A DNA stretch of 64,000 nucleotides from positions 335,814 through 399,813 of the forward strand of contig JBBDXB010000006.1 of NCBI GenBank assembly GCA_040902515.1. Reading direction: 5' to 3'. The notes under the pieces are model-generated. The model had not been told where the DNA came from. It did no database searches and saw nothing but the letters and a program-made list of their open reading frames with translations. Numbering within the stretch: position 1 is the first letter of the stretch; every line of letters begins with the position of its first letter. The DNA is from Patescibacteria group bacterium (GTDB taxonomy: Bacteria > Patescibacteriota > SICC01). Below, in pieces: positions 55,287 to 64,000 of this stretch. Position numbers and translations under genes: made by a program.

Positions 55287-55959
55287 TAATCATCCCGAGA
55301 CCGGCATACCGGCGGAACGAGCGCCGGAAACGGAGGTCCGCCGCGCGTTGGCAGAAGTCCGGGAGCGCGGCGGAGCATTCATACCGGGCTTTCTGGATGT
55401 GGCGGCGGTCGACGCGTTACGGGCGGAAGTGTCCGGGTCGGAATTCGAGTGGCAGGAGCAGCGGTATCTGAAAGCGGAACAACGGATCGCCAGCTACGTG
55501 GTGACCCCTCCGTTTGGCGGATATCCCCTATTGGAATCGGTCGGACGGCGGCTGACAGACGTTTACCGGACCGCGGAGCCGCCGATTACGGGGAGCGAAC
55601 GGTACGTGCCCGACCATGTGTCGGTCCATCGTTATCCGCCGGGGGACGTTGGCATTACGCCGCACTACGACGAGAAGCGCTACGGCTTTTTGGTTGCCTC
55701 ACTGACCCTGGAGGGATCGGCCACGTTCTCGATCGTCGAAGATCCGGATCCGAAGCGTACGCTTCCGGACGATCAGGTGCTCGCAGCGCGACTGCAAGCA
55801 CCGTTACTGGAAAGCTGGCAGACTGGCCCCGGGGATCTTGTCCTGCTGCGCGCACCTGGTTTCGACGGGGCTCCCGACGGACGGCCGCTTCATCAGGTAA
55901 GCGGTGGCAAGGACGGATTCCGGACGGCGCTGGTGTACCGGATGTCCGCGGGACAGTAG
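55273..55959 (+). CDS. 2OG-Fe(II) dioxygenase (AlkB-like)
   Basis: YPPG..GITPHYD, ASLTLEG, PGDLVLL, PLHQV, RTALVYR (HxD...H...R). Confidence 0.82.
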   Translation: MKRPDNHPETGIPAERAPETEVRRALAEVRERGGAFIPGFLDVAAVDALRAEVSGSEFEWQEQRYLKAEQRIASYVVTPPFGGYPLLESVGRRLTDVYRTAEPPITGSERYVPDHVSVHRYPPGDVGITPHYDEKRYGFLVASLTLEGSATFSIVEDPDPKRTLPDDQVLAARLQAPLLESWQTGPGDLVLLRAPGFDGAPDGRPLHQVSGGKDGFRTALVYRMSAGQ

Positions 55960-55968
55960 GCTAGAAGC

Positions 55969-57003
55969 ATGTCCAAAGAGACCTACTATGACGTCCTCGG
56001 CGTGTCCCGGACGGCGACCGCGGAGGAAATCAAACGCGCATACCGGACGTTGGCCCGGGAGTATCATCCGGACGTCAACAAGGGCGACCAGGCGGAAGAG
56101 CAGTTCAAGCGGATCAACGAGGCGTACGGTACGCTGTCCGATTCGTTGAAGCGCGCCGACTACGACCAGCAGATCGCGGATCCCGGCGTGCGGGGCGGGG
56201 GTGTGTCCGGCGCCGGCGCCGCGCGTCCGGGGGCATCCCAGGCCGAGGCTGCCGCGGCACAGGGGCCCTACCGGCAGGCGCTGATCCGTGCGGCACTCGT
56301 GCGGACGATAGCCTGGGGACTGATCGCGGCCCTGGTTGGCGGTCTGCTCGCCCTTTCGCTCGAGTACCTTACCGCCACCCGGATCGATCCGTCCGCCGGA
56401 GTCCTGGGTGCCATACCGGGGCTGGTCGTGGGGTTGCTCTGGGGAGCGGACTATAATTTCAAAGTGGAGACGTTCCTGGGTACCGGTTGGCTGAGCCGGA
56501 GCTACACGCTGGCTCGGACGATCCTGATGAGCCTCGGCCTCGCCTACTACGGCGGCTTGCTTGGAGGCACAATCGACGCCGCGGCGGGGACGGGTATCTT
56601 CACCGTGTCCCTGATCCTGCTCGGCGTCCTGTCCGGTGCCGTGGCCGGATCCGACGGCGATACCGTCGAGAAGCTCCGGAGCGGCCAGGGCCGGTTCAAC
56701 CTGTTCTACACGCTGCTGCGCGGCGCCGAAGTCGGCGCGCTCGGCGCGGCGGTCGGCGCGGGTCTTGGCGGCGTCCTGGCGATCGCGGGCAGAGGCGGTG
56801 CCTTCGGCTGGACGGTGCTCACCGGATTTGCGCTCGGCATGATTATCGGCTCGATCAAGCCGCCGAACCTGGCGGCGTATGCCAGCTATGCCTCAGCTTC
56901 CGTCAAAAGCCTGATCATAATCCTGATGGTCCTCGGTGCCCTCGTGGTAGGCGTGTTGTTCGGGGCGATCGCGGGACCGGAGCTGTTGCCGGACGCGCGA
57001 TGA
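55969..57003 (+). CDS. J-domain protein with a multi-TM Gly-rich C-terminus
   Basis: YYDVLGV...YHPD J domain followed by about 7-8 hydrophobic segments. Confidence 0.88.
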   Translation: MSKETYYDVLGVSRTATAEEIKRAYRTLAREYHPDVNKGDQAEEQFKRINEAYGTLSDSLKRADYDQQIADPGVRGGGVSGAGAARPGASQAEAAAAQGPYRQALIRAALVRTIAWGLIAALVGGLLALSLEYLTATRIDPSAGVLGAIPGLVVGLLWGADYNFKVETFLGTGWLSRSYTLARTILMSLGLAYYGGLLGGTIDAAAGTGIFTVSLILLGVLSGAVAGSDGDTVEKLRSGQGRFNLFYTLLRGAEVGALGAAVGAGLGGVLAIAGRGGAFGWTVLTGFALGMIIGSIKPPNLAAYASYASASVKSLIIILMVLGALVVGVLFGAIAGPELLPDAR

Positions 57004-57045
57004 CCCCCTGACGGTACGACGATAATTCCCTAAACTAGACACGCT

Positions 57046-58197
57046 ATGCCTACGAGCAAGGATTATTATGACATTCTCGGTATTTCCCGACAGGCCTCGG
57101 TGAACGACATCAAGCGGGCCTATCGGAAGCTGGCGCATAAGTACCATCCGGACAAAGGCGGTACCAAGGAGGACGAACGGAAGTTCCGTGAGGTGCAGGA
57201 AGCGTACGAAGTGCTTTCAGACGACAAGAAGCGGGCGGCGTACGACCAGTTCGGCCACGCCGGCGCGGCCGGTGCGGGGGCTGGTCCGGGTGGTTTCGGT
57301 GGTCAGGGCTTCGGCGGATTCCAGGGCGGTGCCGAGGGGGTCGACTTCGGCGGGTTCGGTGACATCTTCGAGCAGTTCTTCGGCGGGTTCGGCGGCGCCG
57401 GCACGCGTCAGCGCGGTCCGGCGCGTGGATCCGACCTGCAGGTGAACGTGACCGTCGATTTCGAAGAGGCCGTCCGCGGTGCGGACAAGGAAGTGTCGCT
57501 GACACGGCGTGCGGCCTGCGGAACCTGCAGTGGCAATGGCGCCGCTAAGGGCGCGAAGATCGTCACGTGCCAGCGCTGCAACGGCCAGGGCCAAGTGCAG
57601 GTCACCCGGCGGACGATCCTTGGCACGATGGCCCAGGTAACTCCCTGTCCGGAATGTCACGGCGAGGGCAAGCGGCCGGAAAAGGCGTGCCCGACCTGCG
57701 GCGGCGAAGGACGCGTCCAGAAAAAGGAGACGCTCAAGGTGAAGATCCCGGCCGGTATCGATGACGGCCAGACGATCCGGGTGCAGGGAGCCGGTGAGGC
57801 CGGCGAACGGGGAGCCCCGTCCGGCCATGCGTACGTGGTCGTCCGGGTGAAGCCGTCCAAGGCGTTCGAGCGCGACGGTGCCGATCTCAGGATCGCCGTG
57901 CCGGTCAGCTTCGCCCAGGCCACGCTCGGCGCGACGATCGAAGTGCCGACGCCGACCGGTGATACCGCCACGTTCAAGATTCCCGCAGGGACCCAGAGCG
58001 GCACGTCGTTCACGCTGAAAGGCGAGGGCATGCCGAAACTCGGCTCCGCCGCCCGCGGCGACCTGGTCGCGACCGTCCAAGTGGTCGTGCCGAAGAAGCT
58101 CTCCGCGGAGGAAAAGAAGCTCGTGGAAGCGCTTGGCAGGCATGATGACATGGATGTCGGAGGCAAATCCGGCCTCTTCGGCAAGCTCGGATTGTAG
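57046..58197 (+). CDS. dnaJ: Chaperone DnaJ
   Basis: J domain with HPD, G/F region, four CxxCxGxG repeats, C-terminal domain. Confidence 0.98.
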   Translation: MPTSKDYYDILGISRQASVNDIKRAYRKLAHKYHPDKGGTKEDERKFREVQEAYEVLSDDKKRAAYDQFGHAGAAGAGAGPGGFGGQGFGGFQGGAEGVDFGGFGDIFEQFFGGFGGAGTRQRGPARGSDLQVNVTVDFEEAVRGADKEVSLTRRAACGTCSGNGAAKGAKIVTCQRCNGQGQVQVTRRTILGTMAQVTPCPECHGEGKRPEKACPTCGGEGRVQKKETLKVKIPAGIDDGQTIRVQGAGEAGERGAPSGHAYVVVRVKPSKAFERDGADLRIAVPVSFAQATLGATIEVPTPTGDTATFKIPAGTQSGTSFTLKGEGMPKLGSAARGDLVATVQVVVPKKLSAEEKKLVEALGRHDDMDVGGKSGLFGKLGL

Positions 58198-58261
58198 TTT
58201 CCGGCTTGTCGCCTGCCTGCGGAAGTAGTACGCTTTTTTCAGAAACCAAAACGAACGAATC

Positions 58262-58780
58262 GTGGAATTTCTTACCGGACTAGATGTGAACAGCCCCAGT
58301 TGGGATTTGTTCATTTTCCTTTTCTTCATCGTCGCGACGTTCGTCTACGGCTTCACGCTGGGGCGTTCGCGGATCATGGTGCTCCTGGTCAGCACCTATA
58401 TGGCGTTGGCGCTTACGCAGACGGCGCCGTTCCTGGGCGGGACCGAGGAAGTGACCGTCGGCTCCAGCCCGTTCTTCGTGGTGCAGATCACGGCGTTCGT
58501 GGCTACGATGCTGTTGATCTTCTTCTTCCTCTCGAACTCGGCGCTGCGGCGGGCGTTCGCCGCCACCGAGATCCAGGGTAAGGCCTGGCAGATCATCATC
58601 TTCTCAATCCTTCACGCAGGACTGCTCGTTTCCGTGGTGCTCTCGTTCGTACCGCCGGACCGCCGCGCCGCGTTGCTGGATGCTACGCAGAACCTATTCG
58701 CGACCGAGACCGCGCTGTTCGTCTGGACGCTCCTGCCGATTATCGTGATGATGTTCGTGCGGGATCCGGAAGAAGAGTAG
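58262..58780 (+). CDS. Multi-TM membrane protein (CvpA-like)
   Basis: About 5 TMs; WDLFIFLFF...YGFTLGR. Confidence 0.7.
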   Translation: MEFLTGLDVNSPSWDLFIFLFFIVATFVYGFTLGRSRIMVLLVSTYMALALTQTAPFLGGTEEVTVGSSPFFVVQITAFVATMLLIFFFLSNSALRRAFAATEIQGKAWQIIIFSILHAGLLVSVVLSFVPPDRRAALLDATQNLFATETALFVWTLLPIIVMMFVRDPEEE

Positions 58781-58782
58781 CC

Positions 58783-58888
58783 GCGCTCACTGCCATCGTG
58801 CCGGAAACGCCTTCTCGGGATTTCCCGACGGAGAGCAACGTTCTTATTTCCGGATCCTAAGCGTTTCCTGACACGAGGCAGTGAGCGC
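58783..58888. other. Long intergenic rod-like inverted repeat
   Basis: GCGCTCACTGCC/GGCAGTGAGCGC, TCGTG/CACGA and GGAAACGC/GCGTTTCC stacked stems. Confidence 0.65.
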
Positions 58889-58935
58889 CCAACCTTCTTA
58901 GCCAGAATGGCCCGGCGGGGTACAATATGTGGGCT

Positions 58936-59008
58936 GCCCCGGTAGCTCAGTTGGCAGAGCAGTGGGCTTTTAACCCATGTGTCGGGGGTTCGAGACCCTC
59001 CCGGGGCA
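58936..59008 (+). tRNA. tRNA-Lys(TTT)
   Basis: GCCCCGG/CCGGGGC acceptor, GTGGG-CTTTTAA-CCCAT anticodon arm; TACAAT upstream. Confidence 0.95.
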
Positions 59009-59047
59009 CACTTGACCAAAATTAAAGGCGTGCTAGGTTTAGAAGCT

Positions 59048-59224
59048 ATGCCAGATCCTGAAAACAGCGAAGTTGCTAACTTGATCTTCTCCGAGAACCG
59101 AGATTGGTTCGAAAGGCTTAGCCCGGAAAGACAGACTGAGGTCCTGGAAAAGGAAAGGCAAAGGAAAGAGGCAATGGAGAGACATGGAATTGAACCTCTC
59201 TTGCCCGACGGTTTCGACAGATAG
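59048..59224 (+). CDS. Small hypothetical protein
   Basis: TTGACC-17-TAGGTT promoter; AT-rich 58-aa charged ORF. Confidence 0.5.
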   Translation: MPDPENSEVANLIFSENRDWFERLSPERQTEVLEKERQRKEAMERHGIEPLLPDGFDR

Positions 59225-59345
59225 GTGGGTACTCATTATGCGACCGGTTTGGCCGTAAGTCTGGCCATCCCATCGGCTTTGAGAGAGGCGGGACACTCGG
59301 TGTCTCGCGTGTTTGAAAGCCGTGGATACAGCAGCCGGTCGGGGT

Positions 59346-59915
59346 TCAGCCGGGGAGCACACCGGGATACTCCCGGACATCGAACGGTCGCATCCCAAGT
59401 CCCTTGGCGGTTTCCAGGTGCGCGGGTCGTACGTCCACGAACGGCAGCCCTTCCCGTGGATGTTGGAGCCGCTCCGCGGAAAGCTTGAGGAGCCCCGGAT
59501 AGTCGCGGTTTTCGTCGAGTTCCGAGCCGATCACATGTACGTGCAGCAGCTCGTCGAGCTGATAGCGTTTCCGGAAGTGGCCCACGAAATCCGGCGTGGC
59601 ATCGGATACCAGTCCAAGCACATGCGTCGGTGATTGTACGCGGATCCGGCCGAGTACCGACTGCTCCATCTCTGCGCCGTTGATCGCGAACATAGACAGC
59701 GTATCGGTTTCCTCAAGCGCCAGCTTGAGCGCGATCCCTCCCCAGTGCTCGCTCTGGGTGATCTCGCCGCGGTCGTAGGCCGGCTTGGAGTCAGCGATCG
59801 CAGCGGCCACATCGTCTTCCGGACGTTCCAGCGCCTCGGCGATATCCTCCGCCTGCGACGTAAGGTCGTCGCGCACGATCACGGACAGGTCGTAGAGGAT
59901 GGTCGGTTTTTGCAT
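59346..59915 (-). CDS. HAD-superfamily (YihX-like) protein with degenerate motifs
   Basis: ILYDL N-terminus, YDRGEIT..EHW cap, LGLVSD, FVDV...AKGLGM. Confidence 0.7.
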   Translation of the reverse strand: MQKPTILYDLSVIVRDDLTSQAEDIAEALERPEDDVAAAIADSKPAYDRGEITQSEHWGGIALKLALEETDTLSMFAINGAEMEQSVLGRIRVQSPTHVLGLVSDATPDFVGHFRKRYQLDELLHVHVIGSELDENRDYPGLLKLSAERLQHPREGLPFVDVRPAHLETAKGLGMRPFDVREYPGVLPG

Positions 59916-59961
59916 ACGAGCAGCATATCAGACCACCCAGGCGTGGATGCGGTGGGGAGGC

Positions 59962-59990
59962 TTGACAAACGGCTCTTTTTTAGCTATGCT
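59962..59990 (+). promoter_or_regulatory. Sigma70 promoter of the S8-SpoIID gene
   Basis: TTGACA-17 nt-TATGCT. Confidence 0.75.
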
Positions 59991-60013
59991 TAGACAATTT
60001 TCTAGAAACCAAT

Positions 60014-63000
60014 ATGACACGGAGCACCAGAAGGATCCTCGCCCATTCGGCTATCGTCACGGCCTGCGTAGCAGTGACGGCGGTGGCCGGTGTCGTCCTT
60101 CTCTCCCAGCAGGCCGAGCCGGCAGCGCCGGCGGCACTCGACGCCGTCGAGCGGATCGAGCGCGTTACCGAAGTCGCCGGCCAGCCCGTCGAACGGGTGG
60201 AAGTGGGAGGCCGCGAAACCAAGGCGGCGGCAGGTCGGCTGGTCGTGACCCTCGAGAGCGACGAGGCAAAGGCGCGGTTCGGTGACCGGCTCACGCCGAC
60301 TACCCTGCCCGACACCTACCTGCTGGCAATCGACGGTCCGCTCGAGTCGGAGCGAAGGGCCGTGGCTGCGGTCCCGGGCGTAACGCAGGTGACCCCCGAC
60401 TACGTGGTCACCGCCACCCGGACGCCGGACGACCCGCAGTACTCGTCTCACCAGTGGAACCTGCCGAAGATCGACGCTCCGCAGGCGTGGGATCGGACCA
60501 TCGGGGACGCATCTCTCCTGTCCGCCAATATCGATACGGGAGTGAACCGGAGCCACCAGGACCTGACCGCGCGGATGTGGACGAATGCCGGCGAAACGCC
60601 CGACAACGGCGTCGACGATGACGGCAACGGCTACATCGACGACTACCACGGTATGGACTTCGTGAACGCGACCCAGCCGGAAAGCGGCGTCTTCCAGAAT
60701 GACGCCGACGGTCCGCTGGACGACCACGGCCACGGCACCCTGACCTCGTCGGTTACCGGTGCCGCGACCGACAACGCGACCGGCATCGCCGGCGTGGACT
60801 GGCAGGCGAAGATCGTCGCCGTGAAGGTCCTCGACAGCGATGGGTTCGGCTTCTTCTCAGACGTGGCCGAGGGTATCCGGTACGCTTCCGTCGTCGGCGC
60901 GAAGACCGCGAATCTCAGCCTGGGTGCGTTCGGTGTGGATAGCGACGCCATGACCGACGCCGCCATCGAGTACGCGACGGGGCGCGGGACCATCGTGGTC
61001 GCCGCCTCCGGCAACGACGGCTCCTCGACCGTGGTGGATTACCCGGCCAAGCACCCGGACGCGATCGCCGTCGGTGCCACCGGTTCGACCGACGTCCGGG
61101 CCAGTTATTCCAACGGAGGTCCTGAGCTGGACCTGGTCGCGCCAGGTTCCGGCATCCGCGGCGCGGGACTCGGTAGTACGAGCTACATCAACGCCAGTGG
61201 CACCTCGCTCTCCACGCCCCACGTGGCCGGCGTGGCGAGCCTGCTCAAGAGCATCAACCCGGGACTGACCACCGCCCAGGTAAGGAGCATCCTCCACAAG
61301 TCGGCGGACAAGGTGTCCGGCATGAACGGGGCCACCCGGACCGACCTCTACGGGTACGGCCGGCTTAACGCCAAGCGCGCGTTGGACCAACTCAAACCGT
61401 ATTCGGCACGTTGGGCCGGACAGTCGGCGCACCCTTCGATCAGCCCGGGGGAGGACGCGACGGTGCATGTGGACTTCAAGAACACCGGCTCGCTGGCCTG
61501 GTCGAATACCGGCTCCAACCCGGTCCGGCTTGGTACCAGCCACCCTCGTGATCGCTGGTCTCCGTTCTATAACGATACTTGGTTGACACCGACCCGGACG
61601 GGCAGCTTCACGGGCCGTGTCGAAGGCGACGGTTCGGTCACGACTACCGGCACCATTGAGCCCGGCGAGACCGCCCGGTTCAGCTTCACGATGACGGCGC
61701 CGCCGCGGACCACCGTAGCGAACCTGCGGGAATACTTCCAGCCGGTCGCCGAAGGCGTGACCTGGCTCGAGGATTGGGGAATGTATCTGGAACCGACGGT
61801 GTCGGGGGAAACCTATGCCTACGAGTATGTCAGCCAGACCAACACCAGCGGCGTGATGCAGCCGAACGAGCGGCAGGAGGTGACGATCGACCTGAAGAAC
61901 ACCGGGACCGCCGCCTGGCGCAACGACACGTTGTTTGACTTCAAGCTGGGCACCAGCCGTACCCGGGACCGTTCGAGTATCACCTACAACGACACCTGGC
62001 AGGTCCCGAACCGCATCGGTGCGTTCAAGGGGACGGTGTCCGGCGGTGTCCTTACCGAGACGAATGCGGTCGAGCCCGGCGAGACCGCCCGGTTCCGGTT
62101 CGATTTCAAGGCACCGTCCGGTGGCACCAATCACAAGGAATACTTCCAGCCGTTGATCGAGCGCTTCGCCTGGCTGAAGGACATCGGCATCTACTGGTCC
62201 ATCGTCGTGCCATCGCAATCGTACGATTACCAATGGGTGAGCCAGAGCGCCCATCCGGTGATGGAGGAAGGCGCGACCGCCACCGTAAGCATTCGCCTCA
62301 AGAACATCGGTTCCTCGAACTGGCAGTCGGACGGATCGAACCCGGTCCGGCTCGGCACCGACCGTCCGCAGGACCGGCTTTCCGGATTCACGGACGGCGG
62401 TTCGGCCGCGGGCTGGATCGGCATGAACCGGGTCAAGCTCACGCGCAACGTGACGGACACCGGGAAGAACGTGGACGGCGAGACGACCGTCGCTCCCGGC
62501 GAGGTCGGTGAGTTCGAATTCGATGTAGTAGGAGATCCGGCCCCCGGGACATACCGGGAGTATTTCCGGCCCGTTACCGAGGGAATCGCCTGGATGCGCG
62601 ACATCGGCATCTACTGGGACATGACCGTCAGCCACCCGATTGACGTGGGCCTGGCCCAGCAGGGGTCGATGACGTTCACCTCGGACGGCACCGTGACGAT
62701 CCGCGACGTCCTGGGGGCGGTCCGCGGTACGGCCAGCGCCGGCCAGACCGTCACGCTCCGGTATACCGGCTCCTCTTACCAAGCGGTCCTGCCGAGCGGG
62801 ACGATCACCTCGTGCTGCGCGTTGACCGCTGAGCAGGGTGCGAACAGCCTCTTCACGATCTCGGATCTGGCGAACGGCGGTTCCAACAACCGCTTCCGCG
62901 GATCGCTTGCAATCCGGAACGGGACCGTTGGTAGCTGGGCGGTGAACACGCTGAACCTTGAGGAATACCTGCGCGGTCTCGGTGAAGTGCCGGATTCCTG

Positions 63001-63709
63001 GCCGGCGGAAGCGATCAAGGCACAGGTGGTGGCAGCCCGGACCTACGCCGCCCGGCAGATCAGCGCTCCGAAGACCGACATCTTCGACCTCTACGACGAT
63101 ACGCGCGACCAGGTCTATTCCGGTTACAACCGTGAGGCGGTCCAGCCGAACCACGTGAGCGCGATCAGTGCGACCAAGGGGAAAGTGATCAAGCGCGATG
63201 GAGCGCTGATCCAGGCCTTCTATAGCTCGAACGCGGCGGGACATACCGCCTCGAACGAGGAGGTATGGGGCGGCAGTCCGATCAATTACCTGCGCGGCAA
63301 GTCCGACGGCTACTCGCTGGCGTCCGACACCGACCATCTCTGGCCGGACACCACCTCCCGCGACACGATCAAGACGAACTACGGCTACGGCTGCACGGTG
63401 ACCGGCGTCAGCGTTCCGGTCACCTACACCTCCGGCCGGATGAAGACGGTGCGGCTCTCCGGGAGCGGTTGCGCGACCAAGGATTACACGCTGGCGGCGG
63501 ACACCCACCGGAGCCGGCTGGGCCTGCCGAGTTCGCAGGTGACGGGTGTCAGCAAGAGCGGCACGGACTTTGTCTTCTCGGGGAAAGGGTTCGGTCACGG
63601 CATCGGCATGAGCCAGTGGGGTACCTACCGGCGGGCCGCGGCCGGCCAAGGTTACGCGACGATCCTCGGGTTCTACTACACCGGTGTGTCGATCACGAAC
63701 CTGTACTAG
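60014..63709 (+). CDS. Secreted S8 (subtilisin-like) protease + 3 Ig-like repeats + SpoIID/LytB domain
   Basis: IDTG, HGHGT, GTSLSTPHVAG triad; three KNTG..W...LGT..RDR.S repeats; YLRGLGE...KAQVVAARTYA...GHGIGMSQWG. Confidence 0.92.
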   Translation: MTRSTRRILAHSAIVTACVAVTAVAGVVLLSQQAEPAAPAALDAVERIERVTEVAGQPVERVEVGGRETKAAAGRLVVTLESDEAKARFGDRLTPTTLPDTYLLAIDGPLESERRAVAAVPGVTQVTPDYVVTATRTPDDPQYSSHQWNLPKIDAPQAWDRTIGDASLLSANIDTGVNRSHQDLTARMWTNAGETPDNGVDDDGNGYIDDYHGMDFVNATQPESGVFQNDADGPLDDHGHGTLTSSVTGAATDNATGIAGVDWQAKIVAVKVLDSDGFGFFSDVAEGIRYASVVGAKTANLSLGAFGVDSDAMTDAAIEYATGRGTIVVAASGNDGSSTVVDYPAKHPDAIAVGATGSTDVRASYSNGGPELDLVAPGSGIRGAGLGSTSYINASGTSLSTPHVAGVASLLKSINPGLTTAQVRSILHKSADKVSGMNGATRTDLYGYGRLNAKRALDQLKPYSARWAGQSAHPSISPGEDATVHVDFKNTGSLAWSNTGSNPVRLGTSHPRDRWSPFYNDTWLTPTRTGSFTGRVEGDGSVTTTGTIEPGETARFSFTMTAPPRTTVANLREYFQPVAEGVTWLEDWGMYLEPTVSGETYAYEYVSQTNTSGVMQPNERQEVTIDLKNTGTAAWRNDTLFDFKLGTSRTRDRSSITYNDTWQVPNRIGAFKGTVSGGVLTETNAVEPGETARFRFDFKAPSGGTNHKEYFQPLIERFAWLKDIGIYWSIVVPSQSYDYQWVSQSAHPVMEEGATATVSIRLKNIGSSNWQSDGSNPVRLGTDRPQDRLSGFTDGGSAAGWIGMNRVKLTRNVTDTGKNVDGETTVAPGEVGEFEFDVVGDPAPGTYREYFRPVTEGIAWMRDIGIYWDMTVSHPIDVGLAQQGSMTFTSDGTVTIRDVLGAVRGTASAGQTVTLRYTGSSYQAVLPSGTITSCCALTAEQGANSLFTISDLANGGSNNRFRGSLAIRNGTVGSWAVNTLNLEEYLRGLGEVPDSWPAEAIKAQVVAARTYAARQISAPKTDIFDLYDDTRDQVYSGYNREAVQPNHVSAISATKGKVIKRDGALIQAFYSSNAAGHTASNEEVWGGSPINYLRGKSDGYSLASDTDHLWPDTTSRDTIKTNYGYGCTVTGVSVPVTYTSGRMKTVRLSGSGCATKDYTLAADTHRSRLGLPSSQVTGVSKSGTDFVFSGKGFGHGIGMSQWGTYRRAAAGQGYATILGFYYTGVSITNLY

Positions 63710-63772
63710 TCCGGCGCGCCTGGACTGACGTCCTGCTGGCCTAAGCAGCCGAGTTTATGGTAGATTGCTTGT

Positions 63773-64000
63773 GTGAAGCAACCGACCTTTATACTGGCGG
63801 CGGGCTTCGTGCTGGGAATCGCCGTGGCGTCGTGGCTGCCGCTGCTGTTGCTCATACCGTTCGGGTTGATTTCGCTCGTGATGCGGGCACCTGCACTGGC
63901 GGTCGGTCTCGGCCTTGGAGCGGCCCGGCTGGTTTCCGTCCCGCTCGAACCTCCTGTCGACGACCTGTCGGTCCTTGCCGGAAACCGCATGGAAGTCAGA
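63773..64000 (+). CDS. 5' end of a membrane protein, possibly ComEC (partial)
   Basis: TAGATT + 6 nt + GTG; FILAAGFVLGIAVASW hydrophobic start resembling ComEC N-termini. Confidence 0.5.
   Translation, partial: MKQPTFILAAGFVLGIAVASWLPLLLLIPFGLISLVMRAPALAVGLGLGAARLVSVPLEPPVDDLSVLAGNRMEVR

Noticed and set aside
59009-59345. Genomic island at tRNA-Lys
   Set aside because: Short AT-rich stretch, but no convincing duplicated tRNA end or integrase
61390-62630. Repeated DNA as a diversity-generating retroelement or recombination cassette
   Set aside because: The repeats are diverged protein domain repeats; no reverse transcriptase and no adenine-specific mismatch pattern was apparent
60857-63649. 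930-aa antisense ORF (also 24975-27365, 34830-36692, 52464-54833, 16575-17987)
   Set aside because: Shadow ORFs opposite well-supported genes; expected from high-GC codon bias and with no recognisable motifs
1-64000. Alternative genetic code (UGA=Gly, as in Gracilibacteria/Absconditabacteria)
   Set aside because: Conserved genes such as polA, valS, pnp and mutM end at TGA at their expected lengths

Overview
High-GC bacterial chromosome segment using the standard code (TGA is a stop). The gene set points to Patescibacteria/CPR by inference: short Pyk and HrcA, a CPR-style TrmB regulator, type IV pilus genes, Ig-like-repeat/SpoIID surface proteins and many orphan genes. Most of the window is housekeeping: pyk, guaA, pilB, valS, tsaD, femX-murE, polA, mutM, holA, rpsT, a DHH nuclease, truB-rpsO-pnp, nfo, dsbB-dsbA, udg, rnj, minor pilins, lepA, CIRCE-hrcA-grpE-dnaK...dnaJ, tRNA-Ser and tRNA-Lys. 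The most unusual part is 1.2-2.8 kb. It looks like one promoter-to-terminator unit holding a tRNA-shaped RNA whose anticodon loop is replaced by a 53-nt structured insert, a second atypical tRNA-Val-like gene, spacers sharing CATCGCAGTAC plus a hairpin, and a coupled acidic/basic small ORF pair. Other notable signals: a decayed islet at tRNA-Ser, pervasive -10-box-then-start-codon (leaderless) genes, a candidate pseudoknotted sRNA between holA and rpsT, a start-less divergent folE next to a 2OG-Fe(II) oxygenase, permuted and fused SpoIID enzymes, and orphan proteins sharing a Pro/acidic N-terminus. No CRISPR array, rRNA, integrase or transposase was seen. All calls come from reading the sequence by eye; no searches were run.
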